A stretch of 64,000 bases of DNA from a virus. The notes under the pieces are model-generated. The model worked only from the letters and a program-made list of their open reading frames with translations. It ran no database searches and was not told the origin of the DNA. A program made the translations under genes and the position numbers. Location of the stretch: the IMG/VR virus record IMGVR_UViG_3300034063_000636, positions 32,001-96,000 of that record; one strand, written 5' to 3'. Numbering within the stretch: position 1 is the stretch's first letter; the number at the start of each line of letters is the position of its first letter. Of this stretch, positions 17,063-28,715 are shown in pieces.

Positions 17063-20000
17063 ATGTCGACATTGAATAAAGTATCAACGTTAATTGAGTC
17101 TCAACTTCCTGAGTTTATTCGCTCAGAGTTTCCCACATTTGTTGAGTTTCTACAAAAATATTATGAGTTCTTAGAGCAACCTGGAAATCCTACTTATGAA
17201 ATTAAGTTATTCCAACAAAATCATGATGTTGATTTAACTCGTGAGAGTTTGCTTTCTTATTTCAGAACAAAAGTTCTTCCTTCATTTCCAGAAGAATCTC
17301 AATTAAGCACAGAAAGAATTATTAAAAGTGCAAGAGATTTCTATGCTAAAAAAGGAACTCCTGACTCTTTTAAGTTTCTATTCCATGTTTTATATGATAA
17401 AGATCTAGAAATCTTTTTCCCAAAACTTCAGATTTTTAGAGCATCTGACGGTAAGTGGGTATTACCTCAAGCATTCCGACTAACAATATCTCCTGGCAAC
17501 CAATCAGTTGATTTGAATGCATTGAAAAATAGAAAAGGTATTGGCACAATATCTCGCGCAACTTGCATCATTGAAAGAGTTTATAGATCATATGATGCTG
17601 GCACAAATACTGAAATTTATGAGGCTTATGTTTCTGGCGTTACAAGACCATTCGTAAACGGTGAGACATTAGATATTGAATATGTTGATACTAATGGAAC
17701 AAAATTAGTTTTCACTGAAACGATTATCGGCAGTTTGTCAAATGTTCGTATTAATCCTCGAAAGAGAGGCAGAAGATATGTTACTGGCGATCCTGTCGTA
17801 ATTTACGGTGGATTGGATCCTGGTCTCACATCAAGACAAAAAGCAGTTGCATATGTTAATAACGTAACGAGCGCAAGTATTGACTCAACAACCATTGTTC
17901 GAAGAGGTTATGGTTTTAGAATCGCTCCGAATAGTTACGTTGATATTATCACTAAAAATACATCGTCTGGCGTTTATGATGGTACAGGAAACGGTTCTGG
18001 TGGTAACATTGTTGTCAGCGTCATTGACACAACATCGCCAAATGCTAACATACAACTCAGCTGGGGATTAGATGCTATTCTTCTTTCTGCTAACTTGACA
18101 TTGAACGTTGCATACGATTTACCAAACACAAATCCAGATACAACGTTCTTGGTCACGCCAGCTGGAACAACGCAAACAACTGTCAACATTGCGAATGCTC
18201 CAACAGTAAGTTCCACAAACGACTATTATAATAGTACGATACTTCGAATTCTTTCTGGAACAGCATCAAATGGATTTGGAGCAAATATCAATACTGTTGT
18301 AATCTCAGACTACTATGGTTCAAACACCATGGCTATTCTGAATGCAAACACTCCAATCGAAGGCACTGTGAATATTTCTGGTGTTGAGGTTGTTGGCAAT
18401 ACAACATATCCAAATCTCACCAATTTTATTGGTGGCACACCAGGATTTTATAATTACCTGTACTCTGGAAAGACCATTGAAATTAACGGTGAAGAAAGAG
18501 TGATTGATGTTGTCACAAATGCGAATCACTTAACAGTGACTTCTGCTTTCTCGGGTAGCGCAACGAATAAGAAATTGAATGCAAATTCAATTCTCACAAC
18601 CACACCAGATGTAACAAGTCTAGTTCAAATCAATTCTCTTGGCGATACGAAACTATACAATTCACTTGCGTTTGAAACATTTAATGTCAATCCAATATTG
18701 ACTACAGCAATTATTTCTGGTGGTGCAGATTTCGATAGCGAACCACCAGCGTCATTAAATGTAGTTGCAACGTATGAAACAGACTATTCATCTGATGGAT
18801 TTATTACGATTAATCCAGGAAGTTTCAGCACGTACAATCCAGTAAATGCTTCAATCAAATTAAGTGGTTCTGGATTCTCAACAACTGATGACTGGTATAA
18901 CGGAAGAAGATTGCTTCTTGAAAGTCAATATAGAACCATCATTGATTATGATGGTGCTTCGAAAACTGCTTTCTTAGATAGACAGTTTGAGACGAATATT
19001 AATCAGATAAACATCTTGACAAAAACCATTAGAATGGATAATCGTCCAATCATTCTCGGGATGGGAATTCTTGCCAACGTTGAGGTCATCAATGGTGGAA
19101 CTGGTTATGCAGTCAACGATGTATTAAATTTCACTGGAACTGGAGTTGGTGCTGCTGGTCGCGTTTCTGCAGTGAGTGGTGGATTCATCACGGCTATTGA
19201 ATTGACAAATCGCGGTGAGGGATATCCTATTGCTCCTAATGTTACAGTAAATGGATCTGGAACTGGTGCAATTTTAAAAGCATATTTGTTAGGTGATGGT
19301 GAAGACATCACTCCAACTGCGACGACTCTCGGAGAAATTATCGACTTTAAACTTACAAGTCGCGGCGCAGGATATATCTCAACACCAAACGTTTCCCTTA
19401 AGATTTACGATCTCTATCTTGATCCATCAAGCAACACAACGAATGTTGCCGAGATTCTCGAAAATGATGTTGTGTATCAAGGAACGCCAAGCGCCAAGAC
19501 ATTCACGGGAATTGTTGACGGGCAATGGGGATCAAATAATTTCCTTCGCGTTTATAACTACTCTGGCGCACCAGCAAATGGACAGTTGGTTGTAACAAGA
19601 GCAAATATCACTGGAAACCTTGTGAATGTTCACAATACTGGAATTAATGTTACGGCTACCGTGTTTAATGGAGTAAGTTATCCAAAAACATACGGAAATG
19701 CGAAAGCGAAAGCGAATGCAGAATTCTTGCAAGGACTGATCCGATACAACGGATATTATCTAAACAGTGACGGATTTATCAGTTCTGATAAGAGACTTCA
19801 GGATAAAGAAAGGTATCACAACTTCTCATATGAACTTGTTTCTGAAGAAAGTTTTGACACATACAAGAAAACCATTCTAGATGTGGCTCACCCTGCAGGA
19901 ACTAGACTGCTTCCAACGCACGTCATCCCAGAAGATTATAATCTAGAATTTGAATCAGATATTAGTGCTCATGAAGTTGTACTAACAACGAACAATTTAA

Positions 20001-20506
20001 TCGATAATTGCTCTGTTGCATTTGAATCGAATAACGTGATCAGTGGAGACGGAACGTTTGACACTGTTGCAAATGTGAATGATATCATTGTCATTAATTC
20101 TGCAAACACCTTCCGCGCATTCTCCAAGATTATTACTGGAATCTCTAATAATTACTCACTAAATATTGAAAGTCCTTGCATTCTTGTGGGAGAAGGTAAG
20201 GCGAAAATCAACAGCGGAAATGCAGTTGTTCAAATTGCTGGAAATACGAATCCGATCGCTCGATTTATATCGACTGGCGATCGAATTATGATCAGTGTTG
20301 ATGGAAACTTACTCACGAAAACAATTAATAGCATTTCTGGTAATGCGATCACATTGAATAGCAATACTGGAATCACTAATACAACAAACCTTACGATCGA
20401 CACATCAAATCCAAGAAACTATGGAAATCCAAATGTGCCAGCCATTGTATACTATGTTGTTCCGTCATTCAGTAATGTCGCATATGAGATCGTAAGGACG
20501 ACATGA
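17063..20506 (+). CDS. gp7: baseplate wedge protein (gp7-like)
   Basis: QLPEFIR..F..FL.KYYEF; FY..KGT..SFKFLF; ASDGKW; GYY...GFISS..LQD..YHNFSY..HPAG; between gp6 and gp8. Confidence 0.75.
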   Translation: MSTLNKVSTLIESQLPEFIRSEFPTFVEFLQKYYEFLEQPGNPTYEIKLFQQNHDVDLTRESLLSYFRTKVLPSFPEESQLSTERIIKSARDFYAKKGTPDSFKFLFHVLYDKDLEIFFPKLQIFRASDGKWVLPQAFRLTISPGNQSVDLNALKNRKGIGTISRATCIIERVYRSYDAGTNTEIYEAYVSGVTRPFVNGETLDIEYVDTNGTKLVFTETIIGSLSNVRINPRKRGRRYVTGDPVVIYGGLDPGLTSRQKAVAYVNNVTSASIDSTTIVRRGYGFRIAPNSYVDIITKNTSSGVYDGTGNGSGGNIVVSVIDTTSPNANIQLSWGLDAILLSANLTLNVAYDLPNTNPDTTFLVTPAGTTQTTVNIANAPTVSSTNDYYNSTILRILSGTASNGFGANINTVVISDYYGSNTMAILNANTPIEGTVNISGVEVVGNTTYPNLTNFIGGTPGFYNYLYSGKTIEINGEERVIDVVTNANHLTVTSAFSGSATNKKLNANSILTTTPDVTSLVQINSLGDTKLYNSLAFETFNVNPILTTAIISGGADFDSEPPASLNVVATYETDYSSDGFITINPGSFSTYNPVNASIKLSGSGFSTTDDWYNGRRLLLESQYRTIIDYDGASKTAFLDRQFETNINQINILTKTIRMDNRPIILGMGILANVEVINGGTGYAVNDVLNFTGTGVGAAGRVSAVSGGFITAIELTNRGEGYPIAPNVTVNGSGTGAILKAYLLGDGEDITPTATTLGEIIDFKLTSRGAGYISTPNVSLKIYDLYLDPSSNTTNVAEILENDVVYQGTPSAKTFTGIVDGQWGSNNFLRVYNYSGAPANGQLVVTRANITGNLVNVHNTGINVTATVFNGVSYPKTYGNAKAKANAEFLQGLIRYNGYYLNSDGFISSDKRLQDKERYHNFSYELVSEESFDTYKKTILDVAHPAGTRLLPTHVIPEDYNLEFESDISAHEVVLTTNNLIDNCSVAFESNNVISGDGTFDTVANVNDIIVINSANTFRAFSKIITGISNNYSLNIESPCILVGEGKAKINSGNAVVQIAGNTNPIARFISTGDRIMISVDGNLLTKTINSISGNAITLNSNTGITNTTNLTIDTSNPRNYGNPNVPAIVYYVVPSFSNVAYEIVRTT

Positions 20507-20515
20507 GGACCTAAT

Positions 20516-21928
20516 ATGTCATCACTATTCACTCGAAACTTTGGAACGTTTGCAGCAACTTGCTTTGAGAATTTTATTGCAAGTAACTATGCTTATTTGT
20601 ACATAACAATTGGTCGTCCACAAGAATGGGCGAACACTTCAAACTCATCTATTCTAGATGACATCACTGTTCCAAGTCCAGTTGAATCGTCAAATGCGTT
20701 CTACAATCTCTGGAACGATATGATCGGTATGAAGAGAATCACTTCAGCCGATATGAATCTAGTTGTTCCTCGTGTTGACTGGTCTAACGGAACAACATAC
20801 GTTGAGTACACACAAGATCTAAATCTATTCGCAAAAGCCAACACAGCAAACATCGCATATGATAATAAGTTCTATGCAAGAAATACGAAAGATCAGGTGT
20901 TCAAGTGTTTGTTTAATAACGGAAACATTGCCTCCACGATTATGCCAGACATTGATCTTGGTGGCCAGCTCCCTGAGAACCCATATATTGAAACTTCCGA
21001 TGGATATAAGTGGAAATATATGTACACGATTCCATATGGATTGAAGAAGAAGTTTTTTACGAACGATTATATGCCAATCTATGTTGAGAGTAACGTGGCT
21101 GGAAGTGCTGATAACGGTCGACTTGATATTCTTAAGATTATTACAAGTGGCGCTGGATTTAACGCAAATAATAACAACAACTTCCTAAACATCGTAACTG
21201 TAAATGGCGACGGAACAGACGCCAATATTCGTGTAAATGTCTTTTCAACCGCTGCAAACGGTGGAAATATCACAGGATATACCGTCATCTCTGGTGGTAA
21301 CAACTACACCAGAGCATCTATTTCTCTTATCGACCCAAACAAGACTCCTGGAACTGCAAACGCGAATCTAATCGCAATTATCGGTCCTCCAGGTGGACAT
21401 GGATCTAACGTCGCAAGCGAACTCGGAGCTTCTGCTCTCATGATCAGCGCAACAATTGAGGGAAATGAGAACGAAACTCTTCCTGCAGTTTCAGGTGGTC
21501 AGAATAGATATAGACAAATCTCTGTTCTGAAGAATCCTCAACTCACCTCAAATACTGTAGCGACAGGAACGGTTTATAGAACGACAACTAAATATTTCTT
21601 AGCAAGTCAGGTCGGAAGTTTCCAAAATAGAGAGATTGTTTACTCTGGGTCTACTTTGGCAAATGCGAATCTAACTGCTGTCGTTGATCATTTTGACGGT
21701 GCTAACTCTGCAATATTTGTGAATAATATCGTAAACACTGCAAATATCAATGTGAGCAACTCGTTCTCAATTACTGGAGCAAATTCTGGAGCAACAGCAA
21801 CTGTGACTGCACTAGAAGGAACTACGGTTAAATTGTATTCTGGACAATTGCTCTACGTTCAGAATAGTGCATATATTACTCGAGATCCAACAGAACACCA
21901 GCAATTTAAAATTGTATTAAGGTTTTAG
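20516..21928 (+). CDS. gp8: baseplate wedge subunit gp8
   Basis: YITIGRPQEW; WNDMIGMKRI; VPRVDW; VFKCLFN; DGYKWKYMYTIP; PPGGHGS..ELG; FKIVLRF. Confidence 0.9.
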   Translation: MSSLFTRNFGTFAATCFENFIASNYAYLYITIGRPQEWANTSNSSILDDITVPSPVESSNAFYNLWNDMIGMKRITSADMNLVVPRVDWSNGTTYVEYTQDLNLFAKANTANIAYDNKFYARNTKDQVFKCLFNNGNIASTIMPDIDLGGQLPENPYIETSDGYKWKYMYTIPYGLKKKFFTNDYMPIYVESNVAGSADNGRLDILKIITSGAGFNANNNNNFLNIVTVNGDGTDANIRVNVFSTAANGGNITGYTVISGGNNYTRASISLIDPNKTPGTANANLIAIIGPPGGHGSNVASELGASALMISATIEGNENETLPAVSGGQNRYRQISVLKNPQLTSNTVATGTVYRTTTKYFLASQVGSFQNREIVYSGSTLANANLTAVVDHFDGANSAIFVNNIVNTANINVSNSFSITGANSGATATVTALEGTTVKLYSGQLLYVQNSAYITRDPTEHQQFKIVLRF

Positions 21929-21939
21929 GAATATAACTC

Positions 21940-24900
21940 ATGGCAATAGATTTTAATGTAGAACCATTTTATGACGATTTTAATGCTTCGAACGGAGCCA
22001 AGGAACAGAACTATGTTCGTATCTTGTTTCGTCCTGGGTATGCTGTACAGGCTCGCGAATTAACTCAAATTCAGAGCATTATTCAGAATCAGATTAAACA
22101 ATTCGGTGACCACATTTTTAAGAATGGATCTCCAGTTTTTGGCGGTCACATCACTTATGATCTAAATGTTCCTTACATTAAATTGCAAACTGCTTATAAC
22201 GGTGCTGACGTCGACGTGGAAGATTATGAGAACGCTGTTATTCGCAACATTGCTGGTACATCAAAGGCTAGAGCAAGAGTAATTGCCACAGACGATACTC
22301 AAACTTATCCAACACTAATGGTTAAGTATTTGAGAGGCACTCGATTTATCGACAACGAAGTTATTTCGAACGCAGAATCAGGCGGTAACGAAGCAAAACT
22401 ATTGGCTTCAAGCGCAACAGGAATTGGATCAGTTGCAACGATTCAACCTGGTGTGTTCTATGTTGACGGATACTTTGTTCAGGTTCCACAGCAATCAATC
22501 GTTTTAGATCCATATGCAAGCACTCCGTCATATAAAGTCGGACTTGAAATCGTCGAAACAATTATTGACGAAAGTGCTGATGCAAATCTCCTCGATCCTG
22601 CTCAACAATCATTCAACTACCAAGCTCCTGGTGCGCATCGATACCAATTCTCTTTGGATCTTGCAAAAAGAGCATTAGATTCAGTTGATGACACGAAGTT
22701 CTTCGAACTATTGCGCATCGAAAATGGTGTCATTACAAAACAAGTCAAGTATCCAATTTACTCTGAACTTGAAAAGACACTTGCTCGTCGCACTTACGAT
22801 GAGTCTGGCGATTATACAGTAAGCCCATTTAAAGTCGCGTTTGAAGCAAATACATCAACTGCAGCTGGCAACACCGATAGTTTCATTGCTGTTGTCGCTC
22901 CAGGAAAAGCATATGTAAAAGGATTTGAGTATGAGGCAATCGGTCCACAAAGACTTACGATTCCGAAAGCACGCACAACTCAAATCTCAACAGACTATGA
23001 TCTGTCTTTAGAATATGGCAACTATTTGTATGCAAATTCAATCTTAGCATCAAATACTAGCGGATTCTTAAATTCAGCAAATCTACCAACACTCGAGTTG
23101 CACTGCGTTCCAAAGAACAGTGTCAATTTGACAAATGCTATTACTTACAACGCAACCTTTATGGGTAGCGCAAAATTAAAGCATATCACTCGAAATTCTG
23201 GAGAAGAATTTATTGTTTACTTGAGCGATATGCAATTAACATCGAACACCGTTACTGCTGGAACGACTGGTGCAAATACTCTTGCAATCAATTTCCCAGT
23301 CAACTATGCAAACATCGCTAATGCATACCAAAATGTCTCAGTAAGAATTACTTCTGGTGCATCTTCTGGCGATGTTCGTCGTATTGTTGATTACAACTCA
23401 ACAACAAGAGTTGGTGTTGTTGATGTTCCATTTACTGGATTGATTGGATCTGGTCAAACATTCTCGCTTCTATACAGCACTCGAGATATTGATTCTCTTA
23501 TTCAAGCAAATGCAGCCAAAACAGCATTCAATGTTTCAATGAATGTTTCGAATAATAGTAAAGACGTCACTGGTCGAACTATTGTTTACGACTCAAATAG
23601 AAAAACTTTATTATTCAAATTCCCAGATGTTCAAATTGAGCGTGGTTCAATTGACAATGCTGATTATGTGACAAATCGATTCTTCGAAGCGCAATCATTT
23701 AATTCAAGTGGTGTTTCAACGCTCACTTTGACTGGTAATGAAGTGCTCGATTTTGGATCTGACGGCAGCACGATTTCTTCCACACTACTTGGTCAAAATT
23801 TCATCTTTGTAATTAAAACTCTTGGGACTGCAACGGCATATAGCGGAAACTCTACTCCAGTTGCAAATGGACAAATCTTTACACCATCAAGTGTTACAAG
23901 AACGTCATCAACAGGGTTAAGTATCACCTCTGGAATCAATGGATCTTTCACTGCTGACATCTATGTCAGAGTCAAGATGGAAAATTCTGAGAACAGCGGA
24001 AACAATGTTCGTAGTAAGACAAGAGTTGGCAACGTTGCAAATACAACACTGTTGGCAACAGATAGTTACACGCCACACACTACAGTTACTGGATGCACTT
24101 CAGTTTATATTGACTCTTCAAATGGTCGTATTTGGTTCACAGATCCAGCGAGTACAATTAATAAAACTTCTGGTGGCAACACATCACTCTATATTCCAGA
24201 CGTTTATAAACTTATTAAGGTTTATACTTCTGGAAATCCTGCATACATGCCGAACACGACAAATGCAATTGATGTGACAAATAACTTTATGCTTGATACT
24301 GGACAAACAGCAGAATACTATGATCATTCTAAGTTAGTCCTCAAGCCAGGAAGAACAGCCCCAAGTGGTCAGACAGTGGTCTTTGTTGAATACTATCAAC
24401 ACGCCACAACAACTGGATACTTCAGCGTTGATTCTTATCCAGAGACACAGTATTCGAACGGTCAAATCGGTATCTTTAAATCTGGTGATGGTGTTGAATA
24501 CGTTCTTAGAGATTGTATTGATTTCCGTCCAACGAGAACACTCGGAACAACAGCCAACACATTCTTCGGCGCAAGAATTCCATTACCATATGAGCCAATG
24601 GAATTGACTTATGAATACTATCTCCCAAGAAGAGATAAGATTGTATTGACGTCGTCAAAAGAATTGAAGGTTGTCAGCGGTATTCCGAATAAAGATCCAA
24701 AGTATCCGCCAGATCAAAGTGATGCTATGACTTTGTTTACGATGGATATTCCAGCCTACACAAGTTCACATACTCATGTCACAGCAAGAGCTCTTGATCA
24801 TAAGAGATATACAATGCGTGACATTGGTAAACTTGAACAGCGAATCAGAAACGTTGAATACTATTCTGCACTTACTTTAGCTGAAACAAAGGCTAAAGAC

Positions 24901-25848
24901 TCTGCAATTCTATATGAAGACAACGCAACGCAGAAAGAGAAGTATGGCATTATTGTAGACAACTTTACAGGGTTTAAAGTTGGTGATAGCACCAGTGGAG
25001 ACTTTGTGTGCTCTATTGATGGTGGTAAATTAAAACCATATGCTAAAACAACTAATATTAATTTAGTTCCACAATCTAAGACATACACAACGCCAGATTA
25101 TCCAACCATGCCTAAGAAAGTCATGTGGACAATTCCTGGAACAGAAAAGATTATTAATGCTCAAACAGCGGCAACAAAAAACACTGCAATCATTCCACCA
25201 GTTCTTGCTGGTAAGTTTGAGGGTGATGTGCATTTGTTCCCATCAACGGATCATTACTATTCTGTGATGCTTCCACCTGTGCTCAATTCAGATACAGAAA
25301 TTGTTCCACCACCATCAATACATTATGTTCCAGAACTTATTAAATGTGATCCTCCAGTGAAATTTGTGGAACCACCACCTGTTATTGATGTTTACTCTCC
25401 AGTTCTTGATACTCGAGTTGAACCAGTATTGCCGCCAGCAGTACCAGTTCCAGCTATCGTCTTTGAGCCTGTAGCACCTCCAGCATACTTGATTCCAACT
25501 CAAACAGTGGATCCACCAACAGCATATCCACAAATTGTGATGGATCCAGTTCCATATCCAGATCCAGCAACGATTGGTCAGGTTTTGGTACTTCCACAAC
25601 CACCAGCTCCAGTGTCTCCACCAACTCCGCCACCAATCTACATTGACGGAGTGGGAACGATTTCATTAATCGATTTTGTGCCACCTCCACTAGATCCTAT
25701 TCCAGCGGATATTACGGGCTTGGCTCCAATCGTATCAACTGTTGATACCTGGTATGCTGCACCAGTTAGTACCGATCCAGAAATCTCCATCGGCGGTGGC
25801 GGAATGTTGAGAGATCTTGTTTATGAAGATAGAATAGCATTACATTAA
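21940..25848 (+). CDS. DUF4815/VrlC-like virion structural protein, N-terminal part, with Pro-rich tail
   Basis: FNVEPFYDDF..ILFRPGYAVQARELTQIQSI.QNQI..FG..IFKNGS; APGAHR; LARRTYDESGDY; DCIDFRP; RYTMRDIGKLE.RI. Confidence 0.8.
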   Translation: MAIDFNVEPFYDDFNASNGAKEQNYVRILFRPGYAVQARELTQIQSIIQNQIKQFGDHIFKNGSPVFGGHITYDLNVPYIKLQTAYNGADVDVEDYENAVIRNIAGTSKARARVIATDDTQTYPTLMVKYLRGTRFIDNEVISNAESGGNEAKLLASSATGIGSVATIQPGVFYVDGYFVQVPQQSIVLDPYASTPSYKVGLEIVETIIDESADANLLDPAQQSFNYQAPGAHRYQFSLDLAKRALDSVDDTKFFELLRIENGVITKQVKYPIYSELEKTLARRTYDESGDYTVSPFKVAFEANTSTAAGNTDSFIAVVAPGKAYVKGFEYEAIGPQRLTIPKARTTQISTDYDLSLEYGNYLYANSILASNTSGFLNSANLPTLELHCVPKNSVNLTNAITYNATFMGSAKLKHITRNSGEEFIVYLSDMQLTSNTVTAGTTGANTLAINFPVNYANIANAYQNVSVRITSGASSGDVRRIVDYNSTTRVGVVDVPFTGLIGSGQTFSLLYSTRDIDSLIQANAAKTAFNVSMNVSNNSKDVTGRTIVYDSNRKTLLFKFPDVQIERGSIDNADYVTNRFFEAQSFNSSGVSTLTLTGNEVLDFGSDGSTISSTLLGQNFIFVIKTLGTATAYSGNSTPVANGQIFTPSSVTRTSSTGLSITSGINGSFTADIYVRVKMENSENSGNNVRSKTRVGNVANTTLLATDSYTPHTTVTGCTSVYIDSSNGRIWFTDPASTINKTSGGNTSLYIPDVYKLIKVYTSGNPAYMPNTTNAIDVTNNFMLDTGQTAEYYDHSKLVLKPGRTAPSGQTVVFVEYYQHATTTGYFSVDSYPETQYSNGQIGIFKSGDGVEYVLRDCIDFRPTRTLGTTANTFFGARIPLPYEPMELTYEYYLPRRDKIVLTSSKELKVVSGIPNKDPKYPPDQSDAMTLFTMDIPAYTSSHTHVTARALDHKRYTMRDIGKLEQRIRNVEYYSALTLAETKAKDSAILYEDNATQKEKYGIIVDNFTGFKVGDSTSGDFVCSIDGGKLKPYAKTTNINLVPQSKTYTTPDYPTMPKKVMWTIPGTEKIINAQTAATKNTAIIPPVLAGKFEGDVHLFPSTDHYYSVMLPPVLNSDTEIVPPPSIHYVPELIKCDPPVKFVEPPPVIDVYSPVLDTRVEPVLPPAVPVPAIVFEPVAPPAYLIPTQTVDPPTAYPQIVMDPVPYPDPATIGQVLVLPQPPAPVSPPTPPPIYIDGVGTISLIDFVPPPLDPIPADITGLAPIVSTVDTWYAAPVSTDPEISIGGGGMLRDLVYEDRIALH

Positions 25849-25863
25849 TTAGGGATACCAATT

Positions 25864-28713
25864 ATGGGATATATACCAAGAACAATTTTTGAGCCTTCTA
25901 TTCGACGCCAGTACGAGGACGTTGGGCTACAAAGAACACTCGGGTTCGTTAACGATGACATGCAAACGTCATTTCAAGACAATGAGTCGCAAAGAGCCCA
26001 GTATACTCGCTTCATGCGAAATCAAGAAATCACATTTGTTTCAAATGGTTTATGTCCAGACGCTAATGCAAATATTTTCTTCGATAAGGTCAACGTAAAT
26101 CGCTTTACGCAAAAGGCGAACAAACTGACTGTGACGAATATGTCAGTGCCGTTCTTTCAAGATGAAGAAATTATCAATTCAACAACTAATGCGTACGCAA
26201 AAGTTCTAACATCTTCGAATAACTTCGTTTATGTTAATGAAAACTTTATTAATGTGAATATTGCTCCATATGGATCTAACTCATTGAGTACAACCACAGG
26301 AGTTAATTTAACTGTGGTTTATGAAGATGACGTCATCTATCAAACATCATCTAACAATTATTCTGGTCCAATTACTTTTGCTGGAACTGTTGAGCGTTAC
26401 GAAAGAACAACCAATCAACATGCCTATCTTGTAATCAAGCCTATTGCTGGATCATTTAGAAAATTCTCAGCCAATTCAGTAATTTTCTTTAGAGACGATA
26501 ACTCAAAGAGAGTGAATGTTGCTGCAGTTCAAACAGCAGGCAACAATTTCCCAGCAGGATCAACAATCTATAGTAAGCGAGATATTACAAAAACAGCAAA
26601 CGTTGCTTCGCATAATCATTACTCTGGTGTAGTGTCGTATGCAAGCAGCAATAGCACAACTGAGATTCATCTATCTGGAAATGTTGCTCCTGCTGTTGGT
26701 GAGACACTTAGAATTGCCTCAGGAGCTGGTATTGCTTCTGAAAGAACAATCAATAGCGTTTCTTCAAATGGATTTATGGTCACATTGAATGCTGCAGTGT
26801 CAGTAACATCCAACTCCAAATATTCTTATGGAAAGCATGAAGTTGATGATTTTGGTGTTCTTGCTGGTTTGTTCCATATTCCAGAAGTTTCTGATGCGTA
26901 TTTCTCAGCTGGCAAGAGACTTCTTACGATCACTGACGCTGCATCTAGCGACAGTACAGATTATAAGATGAGAGCATTTAACTATTACTCTGTAGTGGGT
27001 AATATGGGTCTCATGTCTGATTATGCAAGAGTCGCATATGACACAATTGCGCCTTCGAAAGAAGTTGCACTTAATGCTAATGACATTTTAAAGAATAATA
27101 GAAAGTTCTTCCCACTTTCTCAAACATTCTTTACTCCATCATCATCAAATACTCACTCAGATGGCATCACATCAGAATTTAACGTACTGCAAATTAGTGG
27201 TATTGATTTGTTCTTTGCTGAGAAACCAACCAGTGGTGATTTACAGCTTCCTGTAAAAGTTACGATCAATGAAGTGGAAAACGATCTTCCATCTACGAAG
27301 GTTCTTGGTCAAAGCATCGTCGAAGCAAAAGATATTAATACCTCATTGATTCCAGACTCATCTCAGATTACAACAGTGACAACATTTAGATTCTCTCCAC
27401 CAGTCATCGTGAAGCCATCTAAAGAGTATGCGATCACAGTGTCAACTTCTTCACCAGACTACGCATTGTTTGTTGCAGAAGTTGGTGGAGAAATTCTAGG
27501 AACAACTCCTGCAAGAAGAGTCTCAGAGCAACCATATATTGGAGATCTCTTCAAGGCGCAAAATGCATCAAATTGGTCACCAATCCCGAACGAGGATTTG
27601 ATGTTCCGTGTTCGTTATGCAAATTGGAGTGGTGCAACATCAAATACGATCACCTTTGTTCCAGAGAATATTCTATCTAATGTTAATGTTGACTCTATTT
27701 TGATTCACAGCACAGATTATAATTTCAAGCCAACAAGCATCAATTATGCGTTTAAGACAACGAACATCGATGGATCGTTTGATGATGGTTGGAAAAATGT
27801 TAGACCAGGAAAGATCTTTGACTTCAGCGAAGATTTTGAGACATCTACAAAATCATCTAATCGCAGAAGAAGAATCATTGCAGGTAATAATGAATCGCTA
27901 CTTGTGAAGGCAGATTTGTCAACTACTGATGAAAACATTGCACCATTGGTTGACATGGAAAGAATCAGTGCGGTTGCCTTTGAATATATTATCAATGATG
28001 CTGGTATTTCTGCATCTGATATTACCTTTACAAATCTTGGTAGACATTCAAATGTGTCCAATATCACCATCACTTTCTCTGCACCTGATCGTTCAGACGG
28101 CGTGACTGCAAATGCTTATGTTGCTGCTCTTGTAAATGCAACTTCGTATGTGTCAAATACATTCCCTTCATATTCTGCCAATATTGCGATGATTGTAGTT
28201 GACGAACCAGGCTCTGGGTATTATACTGCTCCTACGATCACAATTTCTGAGGTCGGAAGTACAGATAATGCGACAGCTGTCGTTGCTGGTGAAAATGGAG
28301 CATCAGGTGGTAACTGTAAGGCGAAGTATGTAACAAAAACAATTACTCTTGCTGACGGATTCGATGCTGGCGATATTCGAGTTTACTTGGATTGCAATCG
28401 CCCTGTTGGCACAGATGTGAATGTTTATTATAAGGTCAAGTCTGGAGACGATACAGATCCATTCGAAAATAAAAAATGGCAACGTATGTCAAAAGTCAAT
28501 GATAATTTCTCGAAGGATCAAAATCAGGTCATCGAGTTAGAATATCGTGCAAGTCTTGATGTAAATAGAGTTTCTTATGTTGAGAATGGCGTGACTTATC
28601 CGCTTGGTGGGAAGTTTAAATACTATGCAATCAAGATCGTGATGACTGCTGCCAGTTCATCTGTCATCCCTTATATCGCAAACTTTAGAGCAATTGCAAC
28701 TCCTGCAGGTTGA
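25864..28713 (+). CDS. DUF4815/VrlC-like virion structural protein, C-terminal part
   Basis: FMRNQEI.F..GL.P; PLSQTF; GIDLFF..KP; QPYIG.LFKAQN..W..EDLMF; AKYVTK.ITL; IKIVM..NFRAIA; SD AGGGA upstream. Confidence 0.75.
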   Translation: MGYIPRTIFEPSIRRQYEDVGLQRTLGFVNDDMQTSFQDNESQRAQYTRFMRNQEITFVSNGLCPDANANIFFDKVNVNRFTQKANKLTVTNMSVPFFQDEEIINSTTNAYAKVLTSSNNFVYVNENFINVNIAPYGSNSLSTTTGVNLTVVYEDDVIYQTSSNNYSGPITFAGTVERYERTTNQHAYLVIKPIAGSFRKFSANSVIFFRDDNSKRVNVAAVQTAGNNFPAGSTIYSKRDITKTANVASHNHYSGVVSYASSNSTTEIHLSGNVAPAVGETLRIASGAGIASERTINSVSSNGFMVTLNAAVSVTSNSKYSYGKHEVDDFGVLAGLFHIPEVSDAYFSAGKRLLTITDAASSDSTDYKMRAFNYYSVVGNMGLMSDYARVAYDTIAPSKEVALNANDILKNNRKFFPLSQTFFTPSSSNTHSDGITSEFNVLQISGIDLFFAEKPTSGDLQLPVKVTINEVENDLPSTKVLGQSIVEAKDINTSLIPDSSQITTVTTFRFSPPVIVKPSKEYAITVSTSSPDYALFVAEVGGEILGTTPARRVSEQPYIGDLFKAQNASNWSPIPNEDLMFRVRYANWSGATSNTITFVPENILSNVNVDSILIHSTDYNFKPTSINYAFKTTNIDGSFDDGWKNVRPGKIFDFSEDFETSTKSSNRRRRIIAGNNESLLVKADLSTTDENIAPLVDMERISAVAFEYIINDAGISASDITFTNLGRHSNVSNITITFSAPDRSDGVTANAYVAALVNATSYVSNTFPSYSANIAMIVVDEPGSGYYTAPTITISEVGSTDNATAVVAGENGASGGNCKAKYVTKTITLADGFDAGDIRVYLDCNRPVGTDVNVYYKVKSGDDTDPFENKKWQRMSKVNDNFSKDQNQVIELEYRASLDVNRVSYVENGVTYPLGGKFKYYAIKIVMTAASSSVIPYIANFRAIATPAG

Positions 28714-28715
28714 TC

